From assembly GCA_964035575.1 (NCBI GenBank), contig OZ037847.1:992001-1056000 (forward strand): DNA of 64,000 nt, given 5' to 3'. The translations under genes were made by a program, and so were the position numbers. The notes beneath the pieces were generated by a model. It was not told the DNA's origin. It saw only the letters and a list, made by a program, of their open reading frames with translations, and ran no database searches. Each line of letters starts with the position of its first letter. Positions within the stretch are counted from its first letter, which is position 1. Source of the DNA: Rhynchopus sp. YZ270_cl-10. Taxonomy: Eukaryota. Positions 23,555 to 37,361 of this stretch are shown piece after piece.

Positions 23555-26500
23555 ATGTCGACAGGGCCCTCCCCAGCATCGCTGAAGGCGGCGATAGAGT
23601 CACGGTACCTCCCAACAGTGTTGGTGCTCTCCACAGACGCTGTTAGTCTCGCATGCAGGAAAAACGGGATTGAGCTTGTGTCGCTGCTGCGCCCGTTCAC
23701 ATCGCTGCCAAGAGATGTCCATGTGCGCACAACTGGAGACCTGTACCCAGTGTCAGACTTCAGAGTACGACTTGTCGACTTTGGGGGGTTGATCACTCTT
23801 GGGGACGCTCCGATGAAGCAGTGGTTTTCACAGGTATGACCTTAGGTTATAAAGGGGCTGAAGGGTGGCTATGCGCTAGGCTTGGGATCATGTGACATAC
23901 GTTCTTTGTGCATTCTGTTGAGTTCGCCCAATGAGTGAAGTCTGCGTTACCTTATCGTTTTTTGTTCTCACATTTCTCTTGGTCTTGGTTTGCGTGCCTG
24001 CAGAGGCGTTTGCACATTCAGTTTTTGCCTTGGTGTTGGTGTGTTGACGTCAGCTGCTAGAAAATGATTGTGTCTGTCTGTTTTGGCAATGCTTCAAGGT
24101 GAGTGAAGACTGTCCACTGCTACAGGACTAATAAGGAGAACCCCCATTTCAAAAAAAATAACCCGTTTTTAAGGGTAAATCAACGAATCAAGTTAGCATT
24201 ATTATTATTATTATGCCTGGTCCAGTTGCACGAACCAACGGATTATAGAAAAACAAAAATGTGTAAAGTGAGCACATACTCTGTTTACACCAATCAATAA
24301 TGTCACCTCCACAGATGGCGAAGGACGAGTTTGACATCAACAGCGAAGCAGGCCAGACACGAATGCGCGATGTCGAGGGCACTCTGGAGATGGTATACCC
24401 ACATGATTTTCCACCCTTTCTTGCTTTCTTTGTACCCGTACGTTGCACCTCAGATGCTTTCTGTTGAAAGTATAGGAATCTAACTGTATACACTGTATGT
24501 GCACTTAAGCACACCCACTAATGCAATAAACGTACGTCTCTCAGAGGTGATTTCAGTGGAGCCTTCTAGAATATTTATTGTCATGTACAGTATCTTAGCG
24601 GACGGTGAATGTTTCTTCCCTTATTTTCTGTCATCATGTTTCATTATATAGTTCACAGTTCAGTTCTTCAATCCTCTTTTTTTGTAACAGCTTGCGGAAC
24701 GTTGTGGGCCGGAAAAACCCGAAATCTCTGAGAACAAAATGGCGAAAATGGTGAACGAACTGGCCAGCCCTTTGATGGACAGGTTTCAGCATGATTACAG
24801 CCATGCATGCCGGTTTTCATGCTTCGACACTTACGACCACCCTGTTGCATGCATTCTTGCGGCCTCGGCAGGGAGCTCTGATGTTGTAGCCGAGCTGAAG
24901 GGGCTGTTCACTTCGCAGATATCTGTCTTTTCTGGGGCTGCTGTGGACAACTTTCAGTTTATGTACTATGTTCTTGTGTATGATGTTGACGCTGGAGTGC
25001 CGCAGGCGCAGGTTGACCGTTCTTTTAGTGACATGAAAACGATTTTTGGTCCGCAGTCTTGCAAACTACTTCAGATCAATGGAAACAACACGGGGACGCC
25101 ACAGGTGAACCCTGCGATGTGGATGCAGAAGCCTTCTATCGACGTGCCACAGCCGCTTGTGAAGCCTGAGGAGGTGTGCATACGGATCAGCACCCCAGAC
25201 GAAGCGTCGCTGAAGACACTGATGTACGACTTTATGGAACGAGGCCTCCTCCCACACCTCATGCGCAGGATAAAGCTGTTGGACCAGCAGGTCTCCGAAA
25301 AGCGGCAAGGCAAAATAGGCAAAATGATGTCGTACTTCCTCGGGAACAAGGGCAACGACAACCCCTCAAACCGCCAGGCAAAGGGAGGACCGCATTTCAG
25401 CCCAGACAGCTGCGAGATGCAGATGCGCAAGCTTGCGGATTTGTGCCTCTTTTTGCGCGACTACGACAGTGCGCTGTCAATGTACAAGGTAGCCACACCT
25501 TTCCACTTCAAAGATAACACGATTTTTTTCTTATTTTTTTTACCAAGAGTCTGAGTCTCATCTCTTTACAACCTACTCTATTTTAAAGTAATGACTCAGG
25601 GATCTTAAGGTACTTCCTTTTGGTGGTGCTTCTTACAGTTTTAAAAAACCAAAACCAAAAATATCAGAATTTGAAGTCAGAGCTGAGCTCGCAGGACAGC
25701 AAACACCAGCATCTCTACCACGCAGGCGCGTGTGAAGGCATGGGGCTGTGCATGGTCGTGCAGCAGAAGCGCGATGCAGACCAGCACCTCGACCAGGCAG
25801 CGCAGCTGTACCTTCGTGGCAATAGGGGTGACTACTCTCTTCGCGCACGCCTCACGCAGTATTCATTGGCGCGAGTGGCACGCAGCTACCGTGCATCTGA
25901 GATCATGCGTACGGCGATCAACATCGACGACAAGAACACCCTCCACGCAGGTCTCTTCTATGAGGCTGCCGCCATTTCCTTCCTCTACTCGAATGTATGT
26001 CATGCAGTTGTACTCTGTATTTCTTAGCCTCATTGGCCTTTGATGTTTATACGTTGTGTCTACAGCACCTTTATTGCGGCAATGTAATGTCATAGAGAAC
26101 AATTGTTGGCTGCTATCTTGTGGTCTAAAATTAAACAAAAAATTATAGTGTAATACATGATTACCTTAGGAGGTTCATCCAATAAACCTTTTCTCTTCCC
26201 CTTTGCACAGTATGCCGGGTCGGTGATATCACGGGTAAGAAAATTTGCCTTCAACATGACGCTTGCGGGGTTGCGGTACTCTGCAAGCGACTGTGTGGAC
26301 CAAGCCTTGAGGGTGACGTTGATGGCCACGGCGGTGTACAGCCAGCTGCATCTCGAGGAGTGGGTGCCGATCAACGAGCACCTGCAGCTCACGATTGCGA
26401 GGCTCTGGGCGCACAAACACCAGGCCGCGAAGTCTGTTCTGCACATGGGACAGTTCCTCGTCGCCGCACAGCGCACCGAGTTCCCGCGTGTGAAGGAGTA

Positions 26501-29500
26501 CAGTGAACGTCTGCAGCAGTTCCTCCAAGAGGGCGCCACAGGGCCGCTCCCGCCGTACGACGACCTGCCGCTCCCGATCATCGCCACCAAGTCTGTTGTG
26601 GTCTTCCCCGAGCCACACCAGGAGCAGTGGTTTGGCGATGCCAAGTATGTCTTTGGTTATATGGGAAAATCTTTTATGGGAAATGGGTTCGAGGGTTAAA
26701 CAGTTAAGGGGGGAGAGGGTGAGTTTGGTTGTTGTGAGAAAAGTTTATGTCCTTATTGGCATTACTACATTCGTTTGGCAAAATCCCGACCTGGGATTAC
26801 CTAAAAACTGATATTAAGGATACCACCACACCACTTCAGATACAAGGACCCCACCCTCGCGCAGCACTGTGAGCTCAACAGGGAGGGCGTTGCCAAGGAG
26901 TGGGAGAGCATGGAGAACGACCTCCTCAACGCAGTGCGCAGTGAGGTGTGTTTTCTCCCCGGGGCAGTTCTTCCACCACCACCCTTCCCACCGCCGAGAG
27001 CGTCGTTTGCGCTTTCAATTTCGCTTTTTTTTGGGCAGCTATCTGCAATCATCAATCTCAATATTTTGCTTTCTTTGGTTTAACCTAGGGTATTTCAGTG
27101 TCAACTTTAATTGTCGATTTGACGCAACACTGCGTTTATTCAAAACCATTTTGCTCTTTCCAAACAGTTCAAGAACGTGAAGTTCCACCCCACTGTTGAA
27201 CGCCAGAAGGCAGAGCGTGCCCGGAAGAAGAGCCGCACCAAGTCTGAGGAGCCTGACTTTGCTGTCATCACCCGCGGCGAGGCAGTGGTGACGCACATCA
27301 CCATGTCAAACCCGCTTTCCATTCCTGTTGAGGTTTCTGACGTGGCACTGCTGTTCGCTGTGACGGATGACCAGCCTGCTGCGATGGCGGCTGTTAACCC
27401 ACCGGATCCTGAGACTGACGTACTTCGAGGACATACTGCCGAGACGTTGGTTCTTTCTCCTGGCGAATCAAGGCAAGTAGAACTACGGTTTACATGCGAA
27501 CGTGAAGGGTGGGCACGCCTTTTGGGTGTTGTGCGCACTGTGTCGGCAGAGGGGCTGGCGGCAGTGGACGGACGCTTCTGGTTCTACAAGACTGCGGCGC
27601 AGGACACTGCAGCGGTGTTGACAATGCAGTGTGTGGGTGCCTTCCCGCTGCTGCAGTGCAGTCTTATCGACCCTCCCTCAGTCCTCAGGGTCGACGGCCA
27701 GGTCTCCCTCTCCTCACTCCGCCTCAAAAACATCGGCGGCCAAACAATGACCCGCATTGCACTCAAGATGTCCCCCGCCAACCTCCACCTCGCCCACATA
27801 GACTTCTCCGCCACATCCACAAAGGGAAAGCGCCTCGACGTCGACGAACAGCCCTCCTTCCAACCCATCGCCGTCAAGGAAGCTACCTGCGAGTCTCAGG
27901 TCGGCACTCTGTCAGTCCCGGATGTATACTACATGAAGGACCTTGTCATCGCACCGGGGGAGAGTGTTGACCTTCCGCTCTGGGTGCGGAGTGAGACGGG
28001 GTCGAACAGCAAGGCCACAGCGGTGAACTACATTCCCTTCGTCTTCAGCTACAGCGCACTCCCCGAGGGTGACGCACAGTCGCCTACTGCAGCAGTGATG
28101 GCACGCTTCTGCAAGATGGTGGTGCGCAGCATTGTGCTGCCTGGTGTATCGGTGCATTCCCTGTGTCTGCCACCCTCTGCAGTGCGCCCTGTTACTGAGG
28201 ATGAGGACGTGCCTGAGTTCATTGTATCGCTTGAGGTGTTAAGCGCTATGGGGAGTGTACGTCTGACCCCGCCTGCGGAGAATGCAGGGGTGGGTGCGGT
28301 GTACAACCACGCACTGCACCGACGACCGGTTCCATTGACGATTGAGCAGGTGTCGTTTGCATCTTCGGATTGGGAAGTAACACCATTAGACCCAGAGGCA
28401 CTCCGCTTCCCGTGTACCATCTACCCAAACTCTGCAGTCTCAATGCCACTTCGAGTGAAACGTAGAAAAGGTGTGCCAGGACCACCAGGTGCCACCTGCT
28501 TCACCTCAAAGCAGCCGCAGTACGAAGAGAAGGACACAACAAGCCAGCCCTACGCAAACTTCATGGAGGGTTGTCTCCGTGACATGGAGAAGGGTACCGG
28601 TGGGGCTGGTGGTGTAGGTCTGCCGCCGGTCCTGAAGGACGGCTCGGGGATGTCGATGTTCCTTGACAGAAAGGAGAAGAAGCATCTCGAAGCGTTCGGC
28701 GTGCTTGCCGCAGCTGCTGCAGCAGAGGAGGAGGCTGTGAAGGAGAGGGTTGAGTCGTACCCCATAGGGTTCTCAGTCTTTTGGTCGGTGGGGTGGGACG
28801 CCAGCTACTCAAAGGAAGGTGGTACAAAGGTGTACAAAGCATCGGGTCAGGCGGTGGAATGCACACTCCCCGCAGCAGCAACGTTGAAGCACTCAAAAAA
28901 GAAGTGGCAAGACCAGTCCATGAACAAAGTCAATCTGCTCCAGAAACGAGGTGTCACCAACCCAGAGGAGGTGACCCGCTCCCCCAACATCGAGAACTTC
29001 ATACAAACAGTGTCCGAGCCGCAGCTCGCCTCCGCAGTCACCCCGTCCCTCAGTGTGCGAGGGGCTGTCCCTTCGGTGAACCCTGACGCCAACAAGATTA
29101 ACATGGTAGGGATATCTGTGGTGGCACCCAGCGTGAAGCCGTTCAACTTCACGAAGGCGTTTCCGTCGTGCAAGGTTGATGTGTCCATCACTCTCGTGAA
29201 CCACTACAACTCGGAGCGTGAGTTGTGGCTCTCCCTGTCGCCGTTCAAGTCGTTGAACGTCATCCACGGGGCAGGGCAGTACTCTTCGCAGGGTAGGGCA
29301 GCACCACCGCCACCCGCACAAGGCAAGGCGCCTGTGCAAGGTGCGCAGAAGTCAGGCGGCCCACCACCCATGTCCAAGGCAGCCCCGCCCCCTCCACAAC
29401 GCTCCGCAAGCATCAAGTCGCCAAGCCCCAAGGGCACCCCACCCCCGTCACAGCAGCACGCCAAGGTCATGGCCTTCCCCTCCTTCGTGTGGGAGGGCAA

Positions 29501-30701
29501 GACAAAGCACAAAGTCAAGGTAGGTGCCTTCCAGAACGTGACCCTCCAGGCGACCGCCAGGTTCCACCGCCCCGGTGTGTACAACCTGAACCAGCTTGAG
29601 GTGACGGTGAGCTCAGATGACAACGTTGTGATTCAGGGCAACAACGATTCGGACGGTCTGTGGCTGATCTCTGTTGAGCACGACGCGTCGATCCCTGAGG
29701 AGGAGGAGAAGCAGGAGTCGGCGTTCAGCATCCCGCGTGTGCGTGAGGAGTCTGTAGAGGTTCCCTTTAGCCCGGTGTCGCTGCAGGAGATTGCCATTGA
29801 CGACACGGAGGTCTCTGCTGAGTCTGCGCAGGTGACGGACCCAACACACACACCACGTGTTGGGAGTGAGGAGCCTTCTACAGAGGTGCCCAACACATCA
29901 GGACTTGAGGATGAGTGCGACGAAGAAGTCGACGTCGGTGACGATGAAGGCTTCGCAAGCCAGCAGGTTGACGATGCCGTGCCCCCGTCAACCGACACAA
30001 CACCCACAGTCTCACCTGCAGCAGCAACAGCACCAGGTGCGCGTGTCCTGAAGTCTGCTCTGTTGCAGGGGGCACCCATGGACGACCCTGTCGAAGAGAG
30101 TGCATCTCACACGAGTGGGTCGCACACGTCTCCGAGTGAGTCACCCGAGCAGTCGGTGGTGCAAGGTGATGGGGGTGCGGAGGCACAGACAGAGGTGGAG
30201 GTGGAGGCACAGGCAGTGCATGAGAATATCGAAAACGTACCGACACCCGAACCCGTGGCCGTTGAGTCTGCCGAGGCACAGCCAAGTGAAGAACACGAAG
30301 AGTTTGTGTCTGCTGCGCCCACAACGGCAGAGCCGGCAACTGAGGAACCAGTGTCCGCAGAGCAAGCAACTGAGGAACCGGTGACTGAAGAGCAACCAAC
30401 TGAAGAGCCTGCAACTGAAGAACCGGCAACTGAGGAACCTGCTGAGGAGCCAACAACGGAGGACCCAGCAACGGAAGAGCAACTAACTGAGGAGCCAATG
30501 ACCGAGGAACCAACAACTGAAGAGCAACCAACTGAGGAACGTGAAGAGGTGTCAGCACACACTGGAAATGACGAAGCAGTCTCTGCAGAGCCTGAGTCTA
30601 CAGAACAGCCAACGGAAGAGGCACCACAGGAGGAAACACACGAAGACCCTGAAGCCAGCGTTCCAGAGCAACAGGCGATCCCCGACACGGACAAGGAATG
30701 A
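23555..30701 (+). CDS. TRAPPC8: TRAPP III subunit Trs85/TRAPPC8; exons 23555-23833, 24315-24392, 24691-25488, 25668-25994, 26211-26644, 26840-26945, 27168-30701
   Basis: Motifs DTYDHPVACIL, FSPDSCEMQMRKLADLCLFLRDY and RKFAFNMTLAGLRY. Six phase-compatible GT-AG introns. Long acidic C-terminal extension. Confidence 0.88.
30330..30640 (+). repeat. Coding 15-nt degenerate repeat, (A/P)TEE(P/Q), in the TRAPPC8 tail
   Basis: Repeated ACTGAGGAACC/ACTGAAGAGC units. Confidence 0.85.
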
Positions 30702-31050
30702 GCTTTGGTCTAAACTACCCCACAACTACCCCCCGTTTTTTATGTTTTATTTTATTTTATTTTGGAAGAAAAGACGCAGCATTTTTAAAGAGAACCCGAA
30801 GATACAACACAAAGCAATACCTACAAAAAAACAAATGCGAACGAGATTTTTGCCCGTCTAAAACAAAAAAACAAAACAAAATATAAAAAAAACGTGTGAA
30901 CTAACTATGGCGGACCGTGTCCCTGACCTGTGCTACGTCACCACCCCACCCCACCCCACTCCCCTACTACCTTTTTCCCTCACCTCTACCCCCCAACCCA
31001 ACCCCCCTAAACCCACTCACTCCAGCAAAAAAAGTAAACACTACCACACG

Positions 31051-32187
31051 ATGACGGCAGGACCAGCAGGCATTATCGCGTCTGCACCGCGCGCCGGGGG
31101 GGTGTACAGCACGCAGACACCGGTTTCGAACAACACGACACGGTACACTTCTACCACGTACGGTGCGCCACCTGCTTCGTATGGGACCACTACGTACGGT
31201 GCGGGAAGCTATCCTGCAGCGCCTGCACGGAGCTACGCGACCAACACCTACGGTGCACCCGCACCCACGAACTATGCTAATGCATACAGCTTCAACGCAG
31301 GCAGCAACGTTGCCACCGGCACAGCAGCAGCAGGGTCCTACGCGACCAGCGCCTACCAATACGACGTGCAGCGTGGCCGCCAACAGGAAGCCTCGTACGA
31401 CTCATCCTACAGCTACAACGCCCGTCAAGGACGTGCCTCCTCCTCCCACGTCGGTACTGCACGGCGCACCAAGACGCCCCTGGGAAACAGATATGGTTAC
31501 GAAGCGCCCGACACCGCAAACACATACGGCGCAGCAAACGCCTATGGGACAGTCAACACCTCCCGCGCTGCCACCCCAGGGCGGCTGCGCGCACCTCTCA
31601 CATCGAACCCCCCTCCCGCGCAATGGGGTGTCGGGCGGATGCCTTCCAACAAGGTTACCTTGGTTCTGGATTTGGATGAGACTTTGGTGCATTCTTGCTT
31701 TGAACCTTGCGAAGCGGATCTGCACATTCCGTTGGTGATGGATGGGGAGCATTACGTGGCGTATGTGAAGAAGAGGCCGTATATGGAGAGGTTTCTGGCG
31801 AGGTGTGTGGAGCTGTTTGATGTGGTGGTGTGGACTGCGAGTTTGGCAGTGTATGCTGAGCCGTTGATTAATGAGTTGTGCAGACTGTCGCGGTGTGGGA
31901 GTGTGAAGCAGATGTACCGTGAGAGCTGCACGCAGCTTGGGGACGGATCATATGTGAAGGATTTGTCCACGATGGGGATCAACCTTGACGACCTCTGCAT
32001 CTTGGACAACTCACCCTCCGTCGCACAGCTGCAGCCCAAAAACCTCATTCCCATCGTCTCCTGGTACGACGACCCGCGCGACACAGCACTCAGAGACCTC
32101 ATCCCCCACCTCGACAGGCTCGCAAACTGCCGCTCCGTAGGCGATGTCATCCCCTCCCTCCCCCGTGGAGGTGCTACCGGTTGGTAG
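31051..32187 (+). CDS. SCP/NIF-family (CTD small phosphatase-like) HAD phosphatase with a low-complexity Tyr/Gly/Ala N-terminus
   Basis: TLVLDLDETLVHS, YVKKRP, VVWTAS, YVKDLS and ILDNSP motifs. Confidence 0.92.
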   Translation: MTAGPAGIIASAPRAGGVYSTQTPVSNNTTRYTSTTYGAPPASYGTTTYGAGSYPAAPARSYATNTYGAPAPTNYANAYSFNAGSNVATGTAAAGSYATSAYQYDVQRGRQQEASYDSSYSYNARQGRASSSHVGTARRTKTPLGNRYGYEAPDTANTYGAANAYGTVNTSRAATPGRLRAPLTSNPPPAQWGVGRMPSNKVTLVLDLDETLVHSCFEPCEADLHIPLVMDGEHYVAYVKKRPYMERFLARCVELFDVVVWTASLAVYAEPLINELCRLSRCGSVKQMYRESCTQLGDGSYVKDLSTMGINLDDLCILDNSPSVAQLQPKNLIPIVSWYDDPRDTALRDLIPHLDRLANCRSVGDVIPSLPRGGATGW

Positions 32188-34277
32188 TAAACATTGTATT
32201 TTCTTGTATATTGTATGAATGAAAACGGTTCCTACACTTATTGTACCTTTGTAGTTTTTGACCAGGGCCTTCAACCAATCTATCCACAGTTTTGTCTAAA
32301 AAAAATATTTTGGCCTCGAGCTCGGAATGGGTTTTTTTGAACCACTTATCCAGGGGGTGCTGGCTGATGACCAAGAGGACAAAAAGAAGGATTTTACCAA
32401 AATCCAATATTTTTCTGTCTAAACTTAGACAAGCCTTTTCCTCAAAGAAAAAATCTTCGTCGAAGTTAAGGCTTAACTTAGACACGTTGAAGGCCCTGTT
32501 TTTTGATTCCCCCCTCCAAAAAAAAACTGAATTTTTTGGGAAGAAAAAGAAAAAAGTCTCTCCTCCTACGCCTCAAAAAAGTAGAAAAATTCTCCCTTGT
32601 ATTGTACTTTTAAATTATCACTATAGTGAAATGCGGGGGTATTTTTTTTAGTTAGATTGCCATGATGGGGTATGTCTATACAACACTTTTGAAAAGGTAG
32701 CAAAAAACTTAGGTTTGTGGTAAGCATTTTTTGCTACTTTGTGGCGTTATTTTTTTTTTTTTGGAAATTTTCCCGTTCAGTTTTTTTTTGAAGCATCCCC
32801 CTTTTCTCCCACAGCATAAAATCCAGGTCAACCAGCTCACGAAGGTGATAGTGTTGTATGGAAACGTTGCTTTCACCTTACTCTCCCACTCTCCCACACA
32901 CCCTCATTAGATTTGCTTAGTTTAGATGTATTGCATCGCCATCATACGAGGCATATTCATCCTTGCTTATTTTTTTTTTCTTGTTCACAAAAAAAAATCA
33001 AGTTATCAGAAACAAACAATCTACACAAAGTAAAAAGTTTGGGTACATTTAGTTCCCCTGTTATACCTTCTATTCAGTAGAATAGATAGTATAATATTAT
33101 GAAGTAATTGTTCACAGTTTGCTTCTAGTGGTGTCGTATTTTGTGCGCCGACAACGATTGTGATGAAAGTGACTAACGAGAGTCCGAAAACAAAACAAAA
33201 AGGATCCAAAAATACAACAAAAAAGATTGATGAATAACCAATGTTCAAAATATTAGTAATCTAATCAGACTAACGAGAGTCGTAGGGTCGCCTTATAACC
33301 TCTTTGTTTTGTATTCATATGAGTTTGTTGTACTACTTTTAGAAGCCAAATCAACGTAACGAAACAAAAAAAAAGTGGGTCTTATAATTTTTTTAGAACT
33401 GATGTTCGGAGATGCATGCGCAGAGTGTGGTGTGCGACACATCTCAAAAAAATTTCCTTTTATTGTATGATATTATCTTGACTTCCTTTGTGCTCTGTAG
33501 GCAGGCAGAGAAAGCCCTTGACTTTCCTCTTCTCCCCCGACCTGATTTGTACCCCTTTTTTTTTTTAGGTCCCACCCCCAGTTTATCTTTACCTCAAAAT
33601 ACCTCCAACCCCTAATCCCGAACCCTGTCACATAATATGAAACGAAAAATAAAATGCAATGGGTTTTTCCAATATTTTTACCTTCCCAACTTCTCTCGCT
33701 TCCTTATGAACTCTTCCCCTACAGCGCTGAGCGAGGTAAGTTTGAGCACTGCTTCGAGCATCCACTTTGCACAGTTCATGATTCGCTCTGGATCTCTCAA
33801 CCTCGTTCACCACCCGAGTTGATGACAAGAATGTCACCAGCACACTTCCCATCTTCACTGCGTCGGCACCATGCTGTCATCTTAGCTCGCTTAGCTAGAT
33901 TCATTCTTCGATGTTGCGCTCATCCTGTGACACAGTGTTCCACGTCCTTGGGGGGTGACCAGAAACAAGGTTTTTTGCATAATCAGGACAATCAGCATCG
34001 TCTTGTGTAGTACTGCATTGTCCGCATGGATCGCAGTTCCTCCCACGATGCTCCGTGGACCGCAAGATGTTGAAGCTCCCCTCTTTCGAATAAACACGGG
34101 ACGGAACACACCGAAAGCAGTCAGACCTAGCAGTCGCGTTGATAGGCTGAGAGATTGAAGTCTCAAACTAATTCTTTCCCCCCCCCGTCAACGACATTTC
34201 CTCCACCCCTTGCAAAGCCCTCTCATATCAGGTGCCCTCCCCTCTTTTAAACCCCCCACTCTGTCGTCTTGACAGCC

Positions 34278-36500
34278 ATGTTGTCTGTTCTCTGCTGTCT
34301 TGCGGTTAGTGCGACCCCCTGTTGGGAGGAGGGGAAGCTGTGGGAGGGGAAGCTCTCTGCTGGGACGTCGAACACCATACAGCTTGGTGTGGGGAATGTG
34401 CGGTTCAACTGCTTTGGGGGGAATGTGAGTTCATACTCGATGACGCCGAGGTGGGAGCTTATTTTGCATGGTGAGGGTGCGACGAACTTCACGGAGCCCG
34501 TCACCTATGTGGTGAACTCAAGCACGCCGTACGTGTCGAAGGTGTTCGACAAGAGCCTGAACTACTCATTAGAGCTGGTGTCGTACAACGCAGTGCAGGA
34601 CATCTACTTCACCTTCCACTACGATGTAGTGGTGGACCCCACGCCGTACCCCACGGAAGCGCCTGACGTCCCACAGTACGACGAAGCTGAGGCTCGTGTC
34701 GCTGCGTACTATGCTGCAGCTTCTTATGCACCGCCTGAGCAGATCCTGCTGTGGAACCTCTCGCAGACCTGTCTCAACGAAACAAAGGGCTTCAACCTCG
34801 TGAAAGGCTTCGACGGGAGCGACCACTACATCTACACCCCATACTCCTATGTAGGTGTGGACGCAGATAGGGAGTGGATCGTCATGTCTTTTACGGGGAC
34901 GAACGGAACCGCAGACAGTCTTGCCGATCTCATCCAGGTCTTCCATGGTCTTCAGTACTATGATTATGAGTGTCGTCTCAACGAGCATATATCAGGCCAC
35001 ACCCACTCCGGGTTTTGTGTGGATTACCAAGTCCTGCAGGCGTTGGACACACGTGAGACATTGATGGATCTGATGAAGGCGCACCCGACGTACCGTGTTC
35101 TCATCACCGGGCATTCGCTGGGGGGTGCGTTGGCAACGTTGTTTTTGACGGACATTGTGTCGCTCCTTCGTGTGCAGAGTCCAGGGCAAGAGAAGCGTAT
35201 CTTCTCGTACACATTTGGGACACCCAGAACGTCGGACGGAAGGCTCAGTGGGAACATGCCGCACCAGTACAGAGTGACGCACGCAGCGGATGTCATCGTG
35301 CATCTGGTGATGTGCTGTGCGTACAACGGCGACTGCATCCCCGCAACGTACTGCCCCTACCACACCCTGCAGGAGGTCTGGTACCCAGGAGACATGAAGC
35401 CCAACTCAAACTTCACGGTGTGCTCCGCAACGGATGCTGAGGACAACAGCTGCAGGTATGTTTCTTGAGGGCTTTATCCGGAGGGACATTCAGCGCCCCC
35501 CTATTTATATAAGACTCTCGGCGTTTGCACGATCACCTTCGCATTTTTTTCAAACATCCGCGAACGTGCACGGGTCATACAAAATCTCATCGTCAAAGCA
35601 AACATGCGAGCAATACCAGCAAAACTCCGCCACCCCATTCCCTAGTGTGAGGAGGGATTGTGTCCATTCCCTCTGTCGGTGCCCCTGCGCTCATTGGGTT
35701 CAGCAAACGCCCAGTGTCGTGTTGTCTTTCTTGAATCTTTAAATCATGTGACCCCTTCCCAATAGGGGAAATGACTGTGTGCCTGTTTACAGTTGCCTGC
35801 GTCCCAGAGGCGTTTTGCACTATCAACTTCACTTTTTATTAGAGTGTATTAACCCCCTCCTCCACCAACTTCATTTCCCCCACAGTGACAGCCTGAGCCT
35901 TCCTGTGTCGGTTGACGACCATACACACTACTTCGACATGAACCTCGGTTCCGTCTGGTATGTTTTTCTTTTTCAAAGCTCACTGTTTTGCTTTTGTTTA
36001 TGTCTTCAATAGCAAACTTTAACACCAAAGATGCGACTCGGGAGGGTCGACCTTTTATAGAAGAAAACTTCAAACACAACGACAACCCCCCTCATTTATT
36101 TATTAAGGTGACTAAGCACGAGAGGCTTAGGATCATCTTATAAACTTTTCTTTATTTTTACCACTTGCCTCTTTCTTTTGGGGTAAGGTTGAAACGTGAG
36201 TCGAAACTCCTTCATATGATTTTGATTCCTCGCTTTTGTGGAGAACCCTTTTTTACTTTTTTGAGTATTGATTGAGACATGAAAAATATCTCATCTCCCT
36301 TGAGCATGAATGAACACCGAGGCTCAGGTTCATCTTACAACCTTTTTTTCATCTCCTGCCATCTCTACAGCTACATCGTCAACGAAGACAAGATAAAAGA
36401 GGATGCTGAATGGCGGGCTAGTCTGACCGAGGATGAGAAGAAGGCACGCATTGACTCTCTTGTCGCTGACTACCAACAACACAAACAGGCTCCAGCATAA
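34278..36500 (+). CDS. Secreted class 3 lipase; exons 34278-35455, 35886-35957, 36371-36500
   Basis: Signal peptide; ITGHSLGGA nucleophile; RVTHAADVIVHL Asp; DDHTHYF His in exon 2. Both introns are phase 2 and GT-AG. Confidence 0.9.
36105..36149 (+). promoter_or_regulatory. Representative copy of the dispersed sense-strand hairpin motif, class A
   Basis: AAGGTGA CTAAGC ACGAGAG GCTTAG GA TCATCTT ATAAACTTTT. About 18 related copies in the window; function inferred only. Confidence 0.5.
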
Positions 36501-37199
36501 GATGCTTTCCCGTTTGTTCACAATATACCGCAGGGCACATTCATCTTCTTTCACCTCTATCCTGTGCTGTAGGTTGTATGCGAGCCATATCTGACGAAAA
36601 GAAAAATGGGGTAATTGGGGGTTGGTCGTCTTGACAGTGTGATCTACCTTTGTACGGAGTTGCAGACTGCCTATAGGTCTAAACTAATGTCTTGTGTTAT
36701 TTGTGTGTTTGGAAAGAAAAGAGATGGTAGTTGTTCTTGTTTGGTGTGCAGTTCGTGAGAACCATTTTTTGAAGTACGGCAATTGAATGCAGAGCTCTTT
36801 TGTTTTTTTTCCCTTTTCTCCGTGATGATACGACGATTGTCAATCCTAACTAATGGATGCATTTCTTTTGCCGATTCAAAATAAAATAAACGATTTTCTT
36901 TGAGTGTTTTCAGTAAGGAACTGTCTTGTATGGCAACTACACTAAACCACACAGATTATCGGGGTTTTTTTTTCAATATATCTCGAACTGAACATTTCAT
37001 GGTTCCGCCTCCCCCCATTTCCCCACAGATGTGAAGAACGCATCGTAATTTAATAGAAAAAAAACACCTTGGTGCAGCGTTTGTACTTTCAAGTTCTCTT
37101 TGTTTGTTTGCAAACGCTTAAGGTGTACCTATTGTGCCATATGCGAAAGAACATAACGTCATGGAAGAGCGCCTGTGGGTGCCTACACTAAATCCAACC

Positions 37200-37361
37200 G
37201 CACGACGTACCAGTTGTGGCCTTGACAGGTGATAATACGAGTAATGCCACCTGCCATATCACCTGTATATGACTAATGAAAATGTATGGGTGATATGACA
37301 GGTATATGCCAGGTGGACACCAGTCATATCATCTGTCATGGCCATGACTAGTACGTCGTGC
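37200..37361. mobile_element. Fold-back (palindromic) MITE, 162 bp
   Basis: Outer arms match at 30/35 nt (GCACGACGTAC...), and inner CCACCTG/CAGGTGG arms also pair. Flanked by ACC at 37197-37199 and 37362-37364. Confidence 0.75.
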
